Below are positions 8,970-19,600 of a stretch of 57,309 bases of DNA, piece by piece. The notes below the pieces were generated by a model. That model made no database searches and was not told the origin of the DNA. It saw only the letters and a list, made by a program, of their open reading frames with translations. The stretch lies in the NCBI GenBank assembly GCA_943359365.1, contig CALRHG010000002.1:1-57309 (forward strand), in the 5' to 3' direction. The translations under genes were made by a program, and so were the position numbers. The DNA is from Candidatus Nomurabacteria bacterium (lineage in GTDB: Bacteria; Patescibacteriota; Minisyncoccia; Phycocordibacterales; UBA9973). Position 1 is the first letter of the stretch. Each line of letters starts with the position of its first letter.

Positions 8970-9392
8970 ATGCAAATTATTCTCGATTCGCAAAATAAAA
9001 GCGTCGTCAGGGTAGACAAAGGCGAAGAGTGTCTGAGCATTTTGAAATCTTTTGCGCAAAAAAAGGATGCGTCATTTAATTTTTCCATAATCGGCGCATG
9101 CGCCGAGGTTGAGCTCAGTTATTTTGATGTAGCAATGAAAAAATATTTTAATAAAGTATTTAATACGGGCAATATAGAGATAGTGTCTGTGAACGGTAAT
9201 GTCGCGTGGGCGGAAGGCGAGGCGATGGTTCATGCGCACGGAGTATTTTCCGATGAAGAATATAAATGTTTCGGCGGGCATATTGTGAAATGTATTGTAT
9301 CTATCACCGGCGAGGCAGTTATCGATTGGCTGCCTAACAAAATTAGTAAAAAAATCGACGAAGAAACTGATTTAAAATTTTTGTGTCCGTAG
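8970..9392 (+). CDS. PPC (DUF296) domain protein
   Basis: 140 aa with the ..VHAHGVFSD....GGH pattern typical of DUF296/PPC domains. Confidence 0.6.
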   Translation: MQIILDSQNKSVVRVDKGEECLSILKSFAQKKDASFNFSIIGACAEVELSYFDVAMKKYFNKVFNTGNIEIVSVNGNVAWAEGEAMVHAHGVFSDEEYKCFGGHIVKCIVSITGEAVIDWLPNKISKKIDEETDLKFLCP

Positions 9393-9426
9393 TTACTTTT
9401 CATCTTTTTTCTGCTATATTTTCTAT

Positions 9427-10134
9427 ATGGCAAAAAAAGGAAAACTCATCGTAATAGACGGCACGGACGGGTCTGGCAAGGCTACACAGATAGACCTTTT
9501 GATAAAACATTTAAAGAAGGAAGGACGCAAGGTAAAAGTTGTTGATTTTCCGGAGTACTATTCTAATTTTTTTGGAAAGTTCATCGGGCACTGCTTGTCT
9601 GAGCAATATTATAATTTCGTTAAGATACACCCGAAGATTGCTTCTGTGCTATACGCGGCAGATCGCTTTGAATCAGCAGATAAAATAAAAAAATGGTTAT
9701 CCGCGGGAAACATTGTCGTTGCGAACAGGTATGCGAGCGCGAACCAAATTCATCAGGGCGGCAAAATCGCTAATACAAAAAAAAGAGAGAGTTTCTTGCA
9801 ATGGCTGGCTGAGATGGAGTATGGAGTTTTTAAAATCCCAAAGCCGGACGCGGTTTTTTATCTCTCCGTGCCTATTCCTATAGTTCTGGAACTCATAGAA
9901 AAGAGGAATAGAGAAACACACAGAGCTTATCTCGGCAAGAAAAAAGAAAAAAAGGCCGATGTTCATGAAAAAGATGTAAATTTTCTAGAAAATTCTAGAA
10001 AGAGCGCATTATGGCTGGCAAAGACTCAAAAGGGCTGGATAAAAATAGAATGTACTAGAAATGGGGTTATTGATACTAGGGAGAACATACATAAAGAAAT
10101 TTATAAAAAGATCAAAAAAATTATAACCAAGTAG
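9427..10134 (+). CDS. tmk: thymidylate kinase
   Basis: 235 aa with P-loop IVIDGTDGSGKATQ and a DRF/ANRY region. Confidence 0.85.
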   Translation: MAKKGKLIVIDGTDGSGKATQIDLLIKHLKKEGRKVKVVDFPEYYSNFFGKFIGHCLSEQYYNFVKIHPKIASVLYAADRFESADKIKKWLSAGNIVVANRYASANQIHQGGKIANTKKRESFLQWLAEMEYGVFKIPKPDAVFYLSVPIPIVLELIEKRNRETHRAYLGKKKEKKADVHEKDVNFLENSRKSALWLAKTQKGWIKIECTRNGVIDTRENIHKEIYKKIKKIITK

Positions 10135-10211
10135 GTGGTTTTACTAAATCAAATAAATTTATCAACACACCTCCTTTAGTTTTAAGGCAAAGGAGCATAT
10201 ACTTAACCCAT

Positions 10212-12269
10212 ATGATCAATAGCGAAATGGTTTCTTATATAAAAGCCCTGCAGGCAAAGGGCGTATCTCGGGATATAATCGAGAAAAATCTTGCAGGCGT
10301 CGGATGGAGTGTATCCGACATTTCCGAAGCCTTCGCCTCGCTTGCTTCTCTTCCCGGCCCCGGCCCTTCTGTTGTCCCGATGGCTCCCAAGAATATTCAG
10401 AATAGCCAGAATAGTATGCCGATTACCCAGGAAGAGACTCCAAAGACTCCGAAGCGCCATCCCTTAGTGCTCACGATAATAACTCTAGTGGCGTGCGTTT
10501 TGGTTGCTGGCGGCATATATGCATTTATCAACAAAGTAGGTCCGTTTTCTCCGGCCGTGATGTATACGGAGGCGACTTTATTGTCGGGCATATTGGCTAA
10601 ATCAGAGTCCATAAATTCTTCCTCTTATTCCGCTTCCGGCTCTCTTAGTGTCGGCCCGCGCGATAAGGATGCTGTGCCTTTTATCTTTGAGCGCGACGAG
10701 GACTTTCTTAAAAAATATCAAAATGATGTAGATAGAAGCAAGAATGCACAGAGTATTTTGTCCGCACTTCGATACAGCACAGCATACCCCGACACTCTTG
10801 GTAAACTTAAAAAAAGTAATGATTTATATAATTACGGTGATTTTTCCACAGAGGATCCAGCCACTTCCAGCCCGTACAACTACAAAACCACTGACGGCGG
10901 TAAAAATTTTACTCTAGAAATTGCGTTTGAAACCACAGATGCTATTTCCCAGATTCGCCGCGGGTACAGCTTCTCCGAAGAGAGTACTCCCATAGAAGGG
11001 AAGAAGGTCACTTTCACCAAAGACAGCGAATCTTACTTTTACCTTTCTTCCGCTCCGCCGAAGCCCCTTCTTGCGACTTTAGCGGAACAAGTGGCGTCTC
11101 TTCCCGGAGAAATGAAGGTAGATCTGACGGTGAGTGCCAAGGCTGACTGGCAGCCGGGAGCTTCCCCAGACTGGGCTTTCAATCTAGATGCGAACGGAGA
11201 CTTCGGCGATTTGCAGTACAAGGTCAATGCTGATGTTCTTAAAAAAGACAAAGATTATTATTTCAAAATAAACAATATACCAAGCTTGTTCCTCGGAATG
11301 TTTTCTAATGCAAAAGGGGTCTGGGTAAAGGTAAATCCCGAAGAAGAGGGAGATTCTTCTTACAGCCCGCTTTCGTCTATCACGGGGGATCTTTCCGAGC
11401 AGGAAGAATCTTACAAAGAGTTTCGTGCCGAAGTCGTAAAACTTTTGCATACGGCAGTAAAGTTTGCCGACGAAGAGAAACTGATATCGTTCAAAAAGAG
11501 GCCTTCCGCGGAAAAAATAGATGGCCGCACTTTGTACCGCTACGAGCTCGATATGAAGAAGGAAGCAATTTTGCCTTTCTATGAAAAACTTTTAGCTGAA
11601 GCGCAAAAGACTGAAACAAAAAATTATTTATTTGAAGATGCCAGCCTTGTCGAGTATCTAAAGAGCTCGGAATTCGATGCAGTCTTTGATTACTATCAAA
11701 AGAATATTTTTGTGACATTGTGGACGGACGATAAAGGTTTCCCAGCCATGGCCGAATACCGGTTTCGCGTGGTGCCTTCGGATGATGCAGAACACATGAA
11801 AGACAAACAGGTAAATGTAGTTGTGAATCTTAAGATTTCAGACATCAACAAGCCGGTAGTCATCGAAGCGCCCTCCGGCGCGAAAAGCCTGGACGAAATA
11901 GGGGGCACAGTTCTGGATGTAGCCAGAAACAAGGGAGCCAACGCTTCTATCAAAGCAAATCTCTCTAACATGCGGGCATCCGCCGAGCTTTATTACGACT
12001 CCAAAGGTTCTTACGGCAAATCAAATTCCGGCAGCTGCGAAGCGGCCGGGACCATATTCAGCGATAAAATGATGGCGCCTAGCATCACTGCAGTCAAGGA
12101 AGCTTTGAAAAAAGTCGAGTCATCAGTTGTTTGCTACAGCAGCTCCAAAGCCTGGGCTATTTCTGCCACACTGATAGAAACGAGTGACGAAAAAGGATAT
12201 TGGTGCGTGGACAGCGCTGGAGCTTCCAAGCTCATCACCAAGCCGATTTCTTCGACTTCTTGCAAGTAA
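10212..12269 (+). CDS. hypothetical membrane-anchored extracytoplasmic protein with a pilin-like C-terminal domain
   Basis: 685 aa. N-terminal module as in ORF 2846, one TM helix (LVLTIITLVACVLVAGGIYAF), a long unassigned domain, and a C-terminal ~125 aa resembling a type IV pilin/pseudopilin globular domain. Confidence 0.65.
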   Translation: MINSEMVSYIKALQAKGVSRDIIEKNLAGVGWSVSDISEAFASLASLPGPGPSVVPMAPKNIQNSQNSMPITQEETPKTPKRHPLVLTIITLVACVLVAGGIYAFINKVGPFSPAVMYTEATLLSGILAKSESINSSSYSASGSLSVGPRDKDAVPFIFERDEDFLKKYQNDVDRSKNAQSILSALRYSTAYPDTLGKLKKSNDLYNYGDFSTEDPATSSPYNYKTTDGGKNFTLEIAFETTDAISQIRRGYSFSEESTPIEGKKVTFTKDSESYFYLSSAPPKPLLATLAEQVASLPGEMKVDLTVSAKADWQPGASPDWAFNLDANGDFGDLQYKVNADVLKKDKDYYFKINNIPSLFLGMFSNAKGVWVKVNPEEEGDSSYSPLSSITGDLSEQEESYKEFRAEVVKLLHTAVKFADEEKLISFKKRPSAEKIDGRTLYRYELDMKKEAILPFYEKLLAEAQKTETKNYLFEDASLVEYLKSSEFDAVFDYYQKNIFVTLWTDDKGFPAMAEYRFRVVPSDDAEHMKDKQVNVVVNLKISDINKPVVIEAPSGAKSLDEIGGTVLDVARNKGANASIKANLSNMRASAELYYDSKGSYGKSNSGSCEAAGTIFSDKMMAPSITAVKEALKKVESSVVCYSSSKAWAISATLIETSDEKGYWCVDSAGASKLITKPISSTSCK

Positions 12270-12276
12270 AAGCCGA

Positions 12277-12699
12277 ATGCAGATAAAAATAAAAAAATTA
12301 AAAGAAAACGCGAAATTGCCGACTTACCATCATCCGGGGGATGTAGGTATGGATTTATATTCTATGGAAACCGTGACGGTAAAGCCCGGCGAGCATCATC
12401 GGTTCTGGCACGGTTTTGCGCTGGAGTTTCCTATCGGCTACGCGGGAATTATTATGGATAAAGGCAGCATTTCCAACGCGGGGCTGGCTCATATGGGCGG
12501 AGTGTATGATGCGGGGTATCGGGGAGAATACAATACTCTTTTGGTAAATTTGTCCGATAAGAGTTATACTTTTGAGGTAGGCGACAAGGTTTCCCAGCTG
12601 GTCATTCTGCCGGTCAAAATAGGGAAGTTAAAAGAAGTCAAAAAGTTGAGTGAGTCTGCGCGTGGGGAAGGAAGGTTTGGAAGTACAGGCAAAAAATAG
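12277..12699 (+). CDS. dut: dUTP diphosphatase
   Basis: Start set at ATG 12277; the upstream part of the track ORF overlaps the previous gene. Motifs GDVGMDLY, DAGYRGE and a GEGRFGSTG C-terminal arm. Confidence 0.85.
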   Translation: MQIKIKKLKENAKLPTYHHPGDVGMDLYSMETVTVKPGEHHRFWHGFALEFPIGYAGIIMDKGSISNAGLAHMGGVYDAGYRGEYNTLLVNLSDKSYTFEVGDKVSQLVILPVKIGKLKEVKKLSESARGEGRFGSTGKK

Positions 12700-12700
12700 A

Positions 12701-14449
12701 ATGCAAGAAAAAATAAAAAAATTAATAAAAGGTGCGCTCAAGGATCTGAAAATAACAGATGTTGAGTTCATAGTTGAGCATCCGGAAGATTTAAAGAACG
12801 GGGACTATTCCACAAATGTAGCAATGGCGGGCGCAAAAAAAATCAAAACCAATCCAAAGGAACTGGCGGAAAAAATAGTTGCCAAGCTTCAGCTGGCGCA
12901 GAGCGCAATTTCAGAAATAAAAGAAATCACGGTTGCCGGCGCGGGGTTCATAAATTTTCATTTATCGAGAAAATTTTTCGCTCACAGCATCGAGGGTATA
13001 GTGAACACAGGGGAGAACATCGGACAGAACGGCACTCTCAAAGACCAAAAAATAATGATCGAGTTTACCGATCCGAACCCTTTCAAGCCGTTTCACATCG
13101 GCCACCTGATGACCAACGCCATCGGCGAATCCATCGCGCGGATTCTCGAACACTCCGGCGCAGAGGTAACTCGCGCGAATTATCAGGGCGATGTCGGGCT
13201 GCATGTGGCCAAGGCTATTTACATGCTCCTAGAAAATCCGAAAGAATATCTCGTTCGAAACGAATCTACCAGCAGGCAGGCTATTTTTATCGGCAAAGCC
13301 TACGCCGCCGGTTCGGAAGCGTATGAAAATGATCCTGGAGCCAAAGCAAAAATAGATGAAATAAATAAAAAAATCTACAGCAAAAGCGATGAACAAATAA
13401 ACGAGACTTATGATTGGGGCTTCAAAGTGACCATGGACGCTTTTCAGGATTTGTATGAGATGCTCGGCACAGAATTTGATTTTTACTTTTTGGAGAGCCA
13501 GATGGCGCTAGTCGGCAAGGATATTGTTCTAGCGAATGTCGGCAAAGCCGCAGGTCCTGATGGAAAAGGAACGATTTTTGAAGAATCGGACGGAGCCATT
13601 GTCTTCAAGGCGGAAAAGCACGACCCGAAGCTGCACACCAGAGTTTTCATAACCTCGCAAGGCCTGCCTACTTATGAGACAAAAGAGCTAGGGCTGACCG
13701 AACAAAAATTTGAAAAGGCGCCTGATTTGGATCTTTCCATCATTGTGACTGCGAACGAACAAATGGATTATATGCGAGTGGTTACCAAAGCTGTTTCCCT
13801 CATCAGCCCCGAGCATGCATCAAAGATGAAGCATATTTCCCACGGCATGATGCGTTTCACCGCAGGAAAAATGAGCTCCAGAAAGGGCAATGTCATAACC
13901 GGTGAGTCTCTCTTGAATGATGTTCGAGATAGCATCTTAGAAAAGATGACGGATAGAGAATTTTCCATTGTAGATCAAGAAAAAATTGCTGCGGATGTCG
14001 CCGTGTCGGCGATAAAATATTCAATACTCAAACAATCAACCGGCGGGGACATCATTTATGATTTCGAAAGCTCGATTTCTTCCGAAGGGGACTCCGGCCC
14101 ATACCTGCAATATTCGCATGCCCGCGCGAAGTCCATCTTAGAAAAGGCCGCCAAAGAAAATATCCTGCCCGACCCGCATGCTTTTCCCGAGGAAATTTTT
14201 GAAGTGGAAAAATTGTTGTACAAATTTCCTGAGATCGTCCTGCGTTCGGCAAAAGAATATGAACCGCACTATATTGCCAACTATTTAATAGAAATCGCCC
14301 GCGCGTTCAATAGTTTCTACGGCAACAATTTGATTGTAGATAAAAAAGACGAATCTTCCGGCTACAAAATCGCGCTGACTTATGCATTTTCCTTTGTCAT
14401 GAAAACCGGCTTACACCTCCTCGGTATTAAAGCCCCGGATAAAATGTAG
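12701..14449 (+). CDS. argS: arginyl-tRNA synthetase
   Basis: Start set at ATG 12701, directly after the dut stop. Class I motifs PFHIGHL and GKMSSRKGN, with a DALR-type C-terminus. Confidence 0.9.
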   Translation: MQEKIKKLIKGALKDLKITDVEFIVEHPEDLKNGDYSTNVAMAGAKKIKTNPKELAEKIVAKLQLAQSAISEIKEITVAGAGFINFHLSRKFFAHSIEGIVNTGENIGQNGTLKDQKIMIEFTDPNPFKPFHIGHLMTNAIGESIARILEHSGAEVTRANYQGDVGLHVAKAIYMLLENPKEYLVRNESTSRQAIFIGKAYAAGSEAYENDPGAKAKIDEINKKIYSKSDEQINETYDWGFKVTMDAFQDLYEMLGTEFDFYFLESQMALVGKDIVLANVGKAAGPDGKGTIFEESDGAIVFKAEKHDPKLHTRVFITSQGLPTYETKELGLTEQKFEKAPDLDLSIIVTANEQMDYMRVVTKAVSLISPEHASKMKHISHGMMRFTAGKMSSRKGNVITGESLLNDVRDSILEKMTDREFSIVDQEKIAADVAVSAIKYSILKQSTGGDIIYDFESSISSEGDSGPYLQYSHARAKSILEKAAKENILPDPHAFPEEIFEVEKLLYKFPEIVLRSAKEYEPHYIANYLIEIARAFNSFYGNNLIVDKKDESSGYKIALTYAFSFVMKTGLHLLGIKAPDKM

Positions 14450-14461
14450 TAGAATGTTTGA

Positions 14462-16069
14462 ATGACTCAGACTCAGGCTTTAAATATTTTAAAAACCGGC
14501 GCGAATGTTTTCCTGACCGGCGAGCCGGGCGCGGGCAAGACGCATACGATAAACAATTTCGTAAATTACTTGCGGGATTGCGAAGTAGAGCCGGCGATTA
14601 CCGCTTCGACGGGCATCGCCGCGACGCACATCGGCGGCATGACGATTCATTCCTGGAGTGGCATAGGCATCAAGACAAAACTTGATAAATATGATTTGGA
14701 TAAAATTGCTTCGAGCGAATACATCGCCAAGCGTGTGCATCGCACCAAGGTTTTAATTATAGATGAGATATCCATGCTTTCCACGGGCATGCTCGATATG
14801 GTAGATATGGTTTGCCGGGAAATAAAACAAAAGGGTGAGGCCTTCGGCGGAATACAAATCGTTCTCGTCGGAGATTTTTTTCAGCTGCCGCCGATTATAA
14901 AAAGAGAATTTACACACGAGAAACAAAGTTCACTCATGAGTAATTCTAAAAGCAAACCAATTTTCGCCTACGAAGGGGGAGCATGGGAGCGCTCGAGGCC
15001 AGTTGTCTGCTATTTGAACGAACAACACCGCCAAGACGACTCGGATTTCCTTTCAGTGCTCTCGGCTATACGTGCGAATAATATAAAAGCAGAGCATAAA
15101 GCGCACATAGTCGCGCGAAAGATCGATCATGATGATATGCCTGAAGAGACTATGCATATTACCAAGCTTTTTTCGCACAATATAAATGTCGATCAGGTAA
15201 ATAATTTAGAGTTGGCGAAACTGGAAGAAGAAGTGAAATGTTTTGAGATGCTATCAAGTGGAAATGATAAATTAGTGGAAGTGCTAAAAAAAGGCTGCCT
15301 GTCGCCGGAGAAATTAGAGCTAAAAATCGGCGCGGTGGTGATGTGCACCAAAAATAATCCGAAAGAAAGGTTCGTGAACGGCACACTCGGTACAATTGTG
15401 GACTACGAAGAATTCAGTGGATACCCGATTATTAAAACCAAAAGCGGACACAATATAGTCATAACGCCCATGGATTGGACAGTTGAAGAAAACGGCAAAA
15501 TCCGCGCGCAGATAACCCAAGTTCCGCTCCGTCTCGCTTGGGCGATAACTGTGCACAAGAGTCAGGGCATGAGCATGGACGCGGCGGTGATGGACCTGTC
15601 GCAAGTGTTTGAATTCGGGCAGGGCTATGTGGCGCTCTCGCGAGTGCGCCGGCTCTCGGGGCTGTACCTGCTCGGCATAAATGAACACGCTCTCAAGGTA
15701 CATCCGGAGATTTTGAAAAAAGATGTTGATTTTAAAATTAAATCCGCCGAAGCCGTGCAAGTTTTCGGCAACATCGGCGCAGCCGAACTCAAAAAAATGC
15801 ATGAGAATTTTGTAGTTGTGTGCGGAGGGAAGGTGAAAGAGCCGAACTTGGGAGCTCGGCTCCCAAGTTCGGCTGAAAAGAACGGATTTTCCGAAATAAG
15901 AGAGAAACATCCAAACGCCTATCGCCCCTGGAGCGTAGAGCAAGACGAAGAATTGGCGAAATCATTTTCCGAAGGCGCGAAAATAGAAAACCTAATGCAA
16001 AAATTCGGCCGCAAAAGAGGCGGGATAACATCGAGGCTTGAAAAGCTGGGTTTGCGGAAGCAACTTTAA
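14462..16069 (+). CDS. Pif1/RecD-family ATP-dependent DNA helicase with C-terminal HTH
   Basis: 535 aa with Walker A GEPGAGKTH, Walker B LIIDEISM, VGDFFQLPP and AITVHKSQG, plus a helix-turn-helix tail. Confidence 0.8.
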   Translation: MTQTQALNILKTGANVFLTGEPGAGKTHTINNFVNYLRDCEVEPAITASTGIAATHIGGMTIHSWSGIGIKTKLDKYDLDKIASSEYIAKRVHRTKVLIIDEISMLSTGMLDMVDMVCREIKQKGEAFGGIQIVLVGDFFQLPPIIKREFTHEKQSSLMSNSKSKPIFAYEGGAWERSRPVVCYLNEQHRQDDSDFLSVLSAIRANNIKAEHKAHIVARKIDHDDMPEETMHITKLFSHNINVDQVNNLELAKLEEEVKCFEMLSSGNDKLVEVLKKGCLSPEKLELKIGAVVMCTKNNPKERFVNGTLGTIVDYEEFSGYPIIKTKSGHNIVITPMDWTVEENGKIRAQITQVPLRLAWAITVHKSQGMSMDAAVMDLSQVFEFGQGYVALSRVRRLSGLYLLGINEHALKVHPEILKKDVDFKIKSAEAVQVFGNIGAAELKKMHENFVVVCGGKVKEPNLGARLPSSAEKNGFSEIREKHPNAYRPWSVEQDEELAKSFSEGAKIENLMQKFGRKRGGITSRLEKLGLRKQL

Positions 16070-16095
16070 AAGTCTTAATGTGCACAAATATACAC

Positions 16096-16115
16096 ATCTA
16101 CGCCATGGCGTAGAT
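16096..16115. terminator. perfect 20-nt palindrome after the helicase gene (hairpin, no U tract)
   Basis: ATCTACGC-CATG-GCGTAGAT lies 27 nt after the stop codon. Confidence 0.3.
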
Positions 16116-16208
16116 TAGCTGCAGGGTATATAATTGTGAATATGCAAGGAAGGAAAAAATTCAGCTATAAAGGTGTTTCTGTAAATCTTTTAGGTTTACC
16201 CACTTTCG

Positions 16209-16424
16209 ATGTCTCAAAAAATAAACAAGATATTCCTAAACGTCAGTATCTTCGCTCTTTCTTTTATTATCTACAAGTCCCGCGCGCACCGCGATGCCGT
16301 GAACAAAAAAGTAATGGCAGAGATGAACAGTCCGGAAAACAAAAAGAAGTATGAACACATGCCGATGCCTTTCGACATGAAGCGTTTTGCTTATGGTGGA
16401 TTCAAGGCTATCGTGGAAGCGTAA
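16209..16424 (+). CDS. hypothetical small membrane protein
   Basis: 71-aa ORF with one hydrophobic helix (IFLNVSIFALSFIIY). No family recognised and no clear SD. Confidence 0.3.
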   Translation: MSQKINKIFLNVSIFALSFIIYKSRAHRDAVNKKVMAEMNSPENKKKYEHMPMPFDMKRFAYGGFKAIVEA

Positions 16425-16469
16425 TATGTCGTTGTTGTATTGCTTTTAGTATGTGTTATATTATATATA

Positions 16470-16640
16470 CAAGCGTTGAAGGGGACATCACCCCTGAGCT
16501 TTGGGAAGAACACTAGCTAGAACCGTTCTTGCTAGTATGTAGAACCCAGTAAATGAGAAGCAACAAAGGTGGTACCACGGGTGAGAAACTCGTCCTTGTA
16601 TAGCAATTTTGAATTGTTGTACGAGGACGGGTTTTTTTAT
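16470..16640 (+). promoter_or_regulatory. T-box leader (Ile-specific candidate) with intrinsic terminator upstream of ileS
   Basis: T-box sequence AACAAAGGTGGTACCACGGG at 16562-16581. Terminator CTCGTCCTTGTA (16589-16600) pairs with TACGAGGACGGG (16620-16631) followed by T7; the 5' arm can instead form an antiterminator. Candidate specifier ATC-A lies in the hairpin loop GGGG-ACATCA-CCCC (16481-16494). Confidence 0.75.
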
Positions 16641-16644
16641 TTAT

Positions 16645-19600
16645 ATGAACGAAGAAAATAAAAATTTAAAGAGTGATGCAGCAAAGCGCGAAGAAGCGGT
16701 TTTGGAGTTTTGGAAAGAAAATAAAATTTTTGAAAAGTCTTTGGACCAGACGAAGAAGGGAAAAGAATTTATTTTCTACGAAGGTCCGCCGACGGCGAAT
16801 GGGAAACCGGGGATACACCACTTGGAGGCTCGCGCTTTCAAGGACGCGATTCCGCGGTACAAAACGATGCAGGGTTTTCATGTGCGCCGAAAGGGCGGGT
16901 GGGACACGCATGGTCTGCCGGTGGAACTTCAGGTGGAAAAAAAACTTGGGCTGAATTCTAAAAAAGCGATTGAAGAGTACGGTATAGAAAAATTCAACAA
17001 AGAATGCAAAGAGTCCGTCTGGGAATATTTGGATGTATGGAATAAATTTACGAAGCGCATTGGTTACTGGGTGGATCAGGATAAGCCGTTTGTCACTTAT
17101 GAAAATGATTACATTGAATCCGTATGGAATGTGCTGAAAAAAGTTAATGACCAGAAATTACTTTTCAAGGATTACAAAGTCGTGCCATGGTGCCCGAGAT
17201 GCGGCACAGCTCTTTCTTCGCACGAGCTCGCGCAGGGGTATGAAGATGTGAAAGATTTGTCTGTTTATGTGAAATTTAAAGTGAAAGGAGAAAAATTTAA
17301 GGATACGTATATATTGGCTTGGACAACGACACCTTGGACCTTGCCAGGGAATGTTGCTTTGGCTGTGGGTAAAGACATTAAATATTCTTGGATTCAGACT
17401 GCCAACGATCTTTATATTATAGCTTCGGATTTAATTCCAAAATTATTTACTTCAGAAACAATTAAAGTAAAAGATGAATTTTATAGTAAAGATTTAATTG
17501 GTTTAGAATACGAACCGCTTTTTTCTTTTCTTGCGGATGGTATTTCTGAAAGTGAAAAACCGAAATTGGGAAAAGCTTTCAAGGTATATGCAGCGGATTT
17601 TGTAAACACTCAGGACGGTACAGGCATTGTTCACACGGCCGTCATGTACGGACAAGATGACTTCGCGCTTGGAACGGAAGTTGGCTTGCCGAAGCATCAT
17701 TTGGTGAATCTTGAGGGTAAATTTATAAAAGGCACAGGGTTTTTGGAGGGCAGATTTGTGCGGGAAACGGACCCGAACGGCAAGCCGACGCTTGCGGTGG
17801 ATATAATTGACGACTTAAAGAAAAGAAACTTATTTTTCAAACAGGAAAATTACAAACACTCATATCCGCATTGCTGGCGATGCAAAACCGCGCTCATATA
17901 TTACGCGCGGGATTCTTGGTATATCCGAATGTCGGATCCAAAAATCAAAAAAGAGCTCATCAGCGAAAATAAAAAAATAAATTGGGAGCCGGAATATATC
18001 CGCGAGGGCAGGTTTGGCGAATGGCTCAAAGAGATAAAAGATTGGGCGATATCGCGCGAACGGTACTGGGGCACACCTTTGCCGGTATGGATATGCACGG
18101 ACTGCAAAAAAACTGAGGTCGTCGGAAGTATTGAGGACTTGAAAGAAAAAACAAAAAAGTCCGGCAATAAATATTTTGCTATGCGGCACGGGCAAGCGGA
18201 TAATAATGTAAATGATTTTCATTATAGGGAATTGCAGGAAAGTGCCGCGCTGACTGAGATAGGAAGGGATCAGATAAAAAAAAGTATCAAAAATTTCAAC
18301 CACAAAATAGATGTTGTAATTTCTTCTACTTTAAAAAGAGCCAAACAAACAACACAAGTAGTTTGTGAAAATATTAAATTTCCGCTCGAGAATGTTGTTT
18401 ATGATGAACGCGCAAGGGAGTGGGAAGTCAGCTCTCTTTTTGACGGCAAAGAAAGGGTTGTGTTTAAGAAATATTACAATGTAGATTACTTAGATAATCC
18501 AGGGGAAGTTTTGCCGGAAGGGGAGAGCTTCGCTCAAGTGATTAAAAGAGTCGGAGATTTTATTTATGATTTAGAAAAAAAATATTCAGGCAAAAATATT
18601 CTCATTGTCGGACATGAGGGAGCGACGCGAGCGCTTAGCTTTCTGGCAAAAGGTTTGTCCTTTAGCGATTTGTCGAGCGAGAATGACCCGCTCGTTTCTC
18701 TCAAAAATGCAGAAATCAAAGAATTTAATTTTGTGCCGCTTCCGCATAATGAAAATTATGAATTAGATTTACACAAGCCTTTCATTGATGAAATAAAGCT
18801 TTCTTGCAAATGTGGCGGCGATCTCATACGCACAAAAGAAGTCATGGATGTCTGGTTTGATTCTGGCGCAATGCCTTTCGCGCAGGATCATTATCCGTTT
18901 GACCCCACACCAAAGCAAGCTTGGTACGGGGCAGGAAATAAAAAGTCTCAGCAGATTTTATATCCAGCTGATTTCATATGCGAAGCAGTAGATCAGACTC
19001 GCGGCTGGTTTTATACTCTGCACGCTGTCGGAATTTTGATGGGGCGGGGGAAGGCTTACAAAAATGTGATCTGTCTCGGACACTTGCTCGATGCTAATGG
19101 CAAAAAAATGTCCAAATCTATCGGCAACGTCGTCGACCCGTGGATCATGATGGAGAAATACGGGGTGGACACGCTTCGGCTTTGGATGTATTCGGTTAAT
19201 CAGCCCGGCGAATCGAAAAATTTTGATGAAAAAACTGTGCAGCTGCTTCACAGCCAAGTTTTCGGCCTGCTTTACAATGTACTGGCGTTTTATGAGTTGT
19301 ACCGTGACAAGAATTTAGAAAAAAATGACAAGCTTAAATCAAAAAATATTTTGGATGTTTGGATTTTGGCAAGGCTTGATGAACTTGTGAAGCTCAGCAC
19401 GGAAAATTTGGATAGTTACAAATTGCTTGAGCCGGTGCGTGGAATGCGGGATTTTATCGGCGACCTTTCGACATGGTACTTGCGCCGCTCGCGCGAGAGA
19501 ATTAAAAATGACGACAAAGACGCTAAACAAACTTTGTATTTTGTTTTGAAAAGCTTGGCAAAAATTCTGGCACCCTTTGCGCCTTTTACGGCAGAAGATA

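Noticed and set aside
10171-10195. The anti-SD/SD hairpin CTCCTTT...AAAGGAG upstream of ORF 10212 as a translational switch.
   Set aside because: The AAGGAG is 16 nt from the only in-frame ATG, too far for a functional SD. The pairing is only 7 bp, so chance cannot be excluded.
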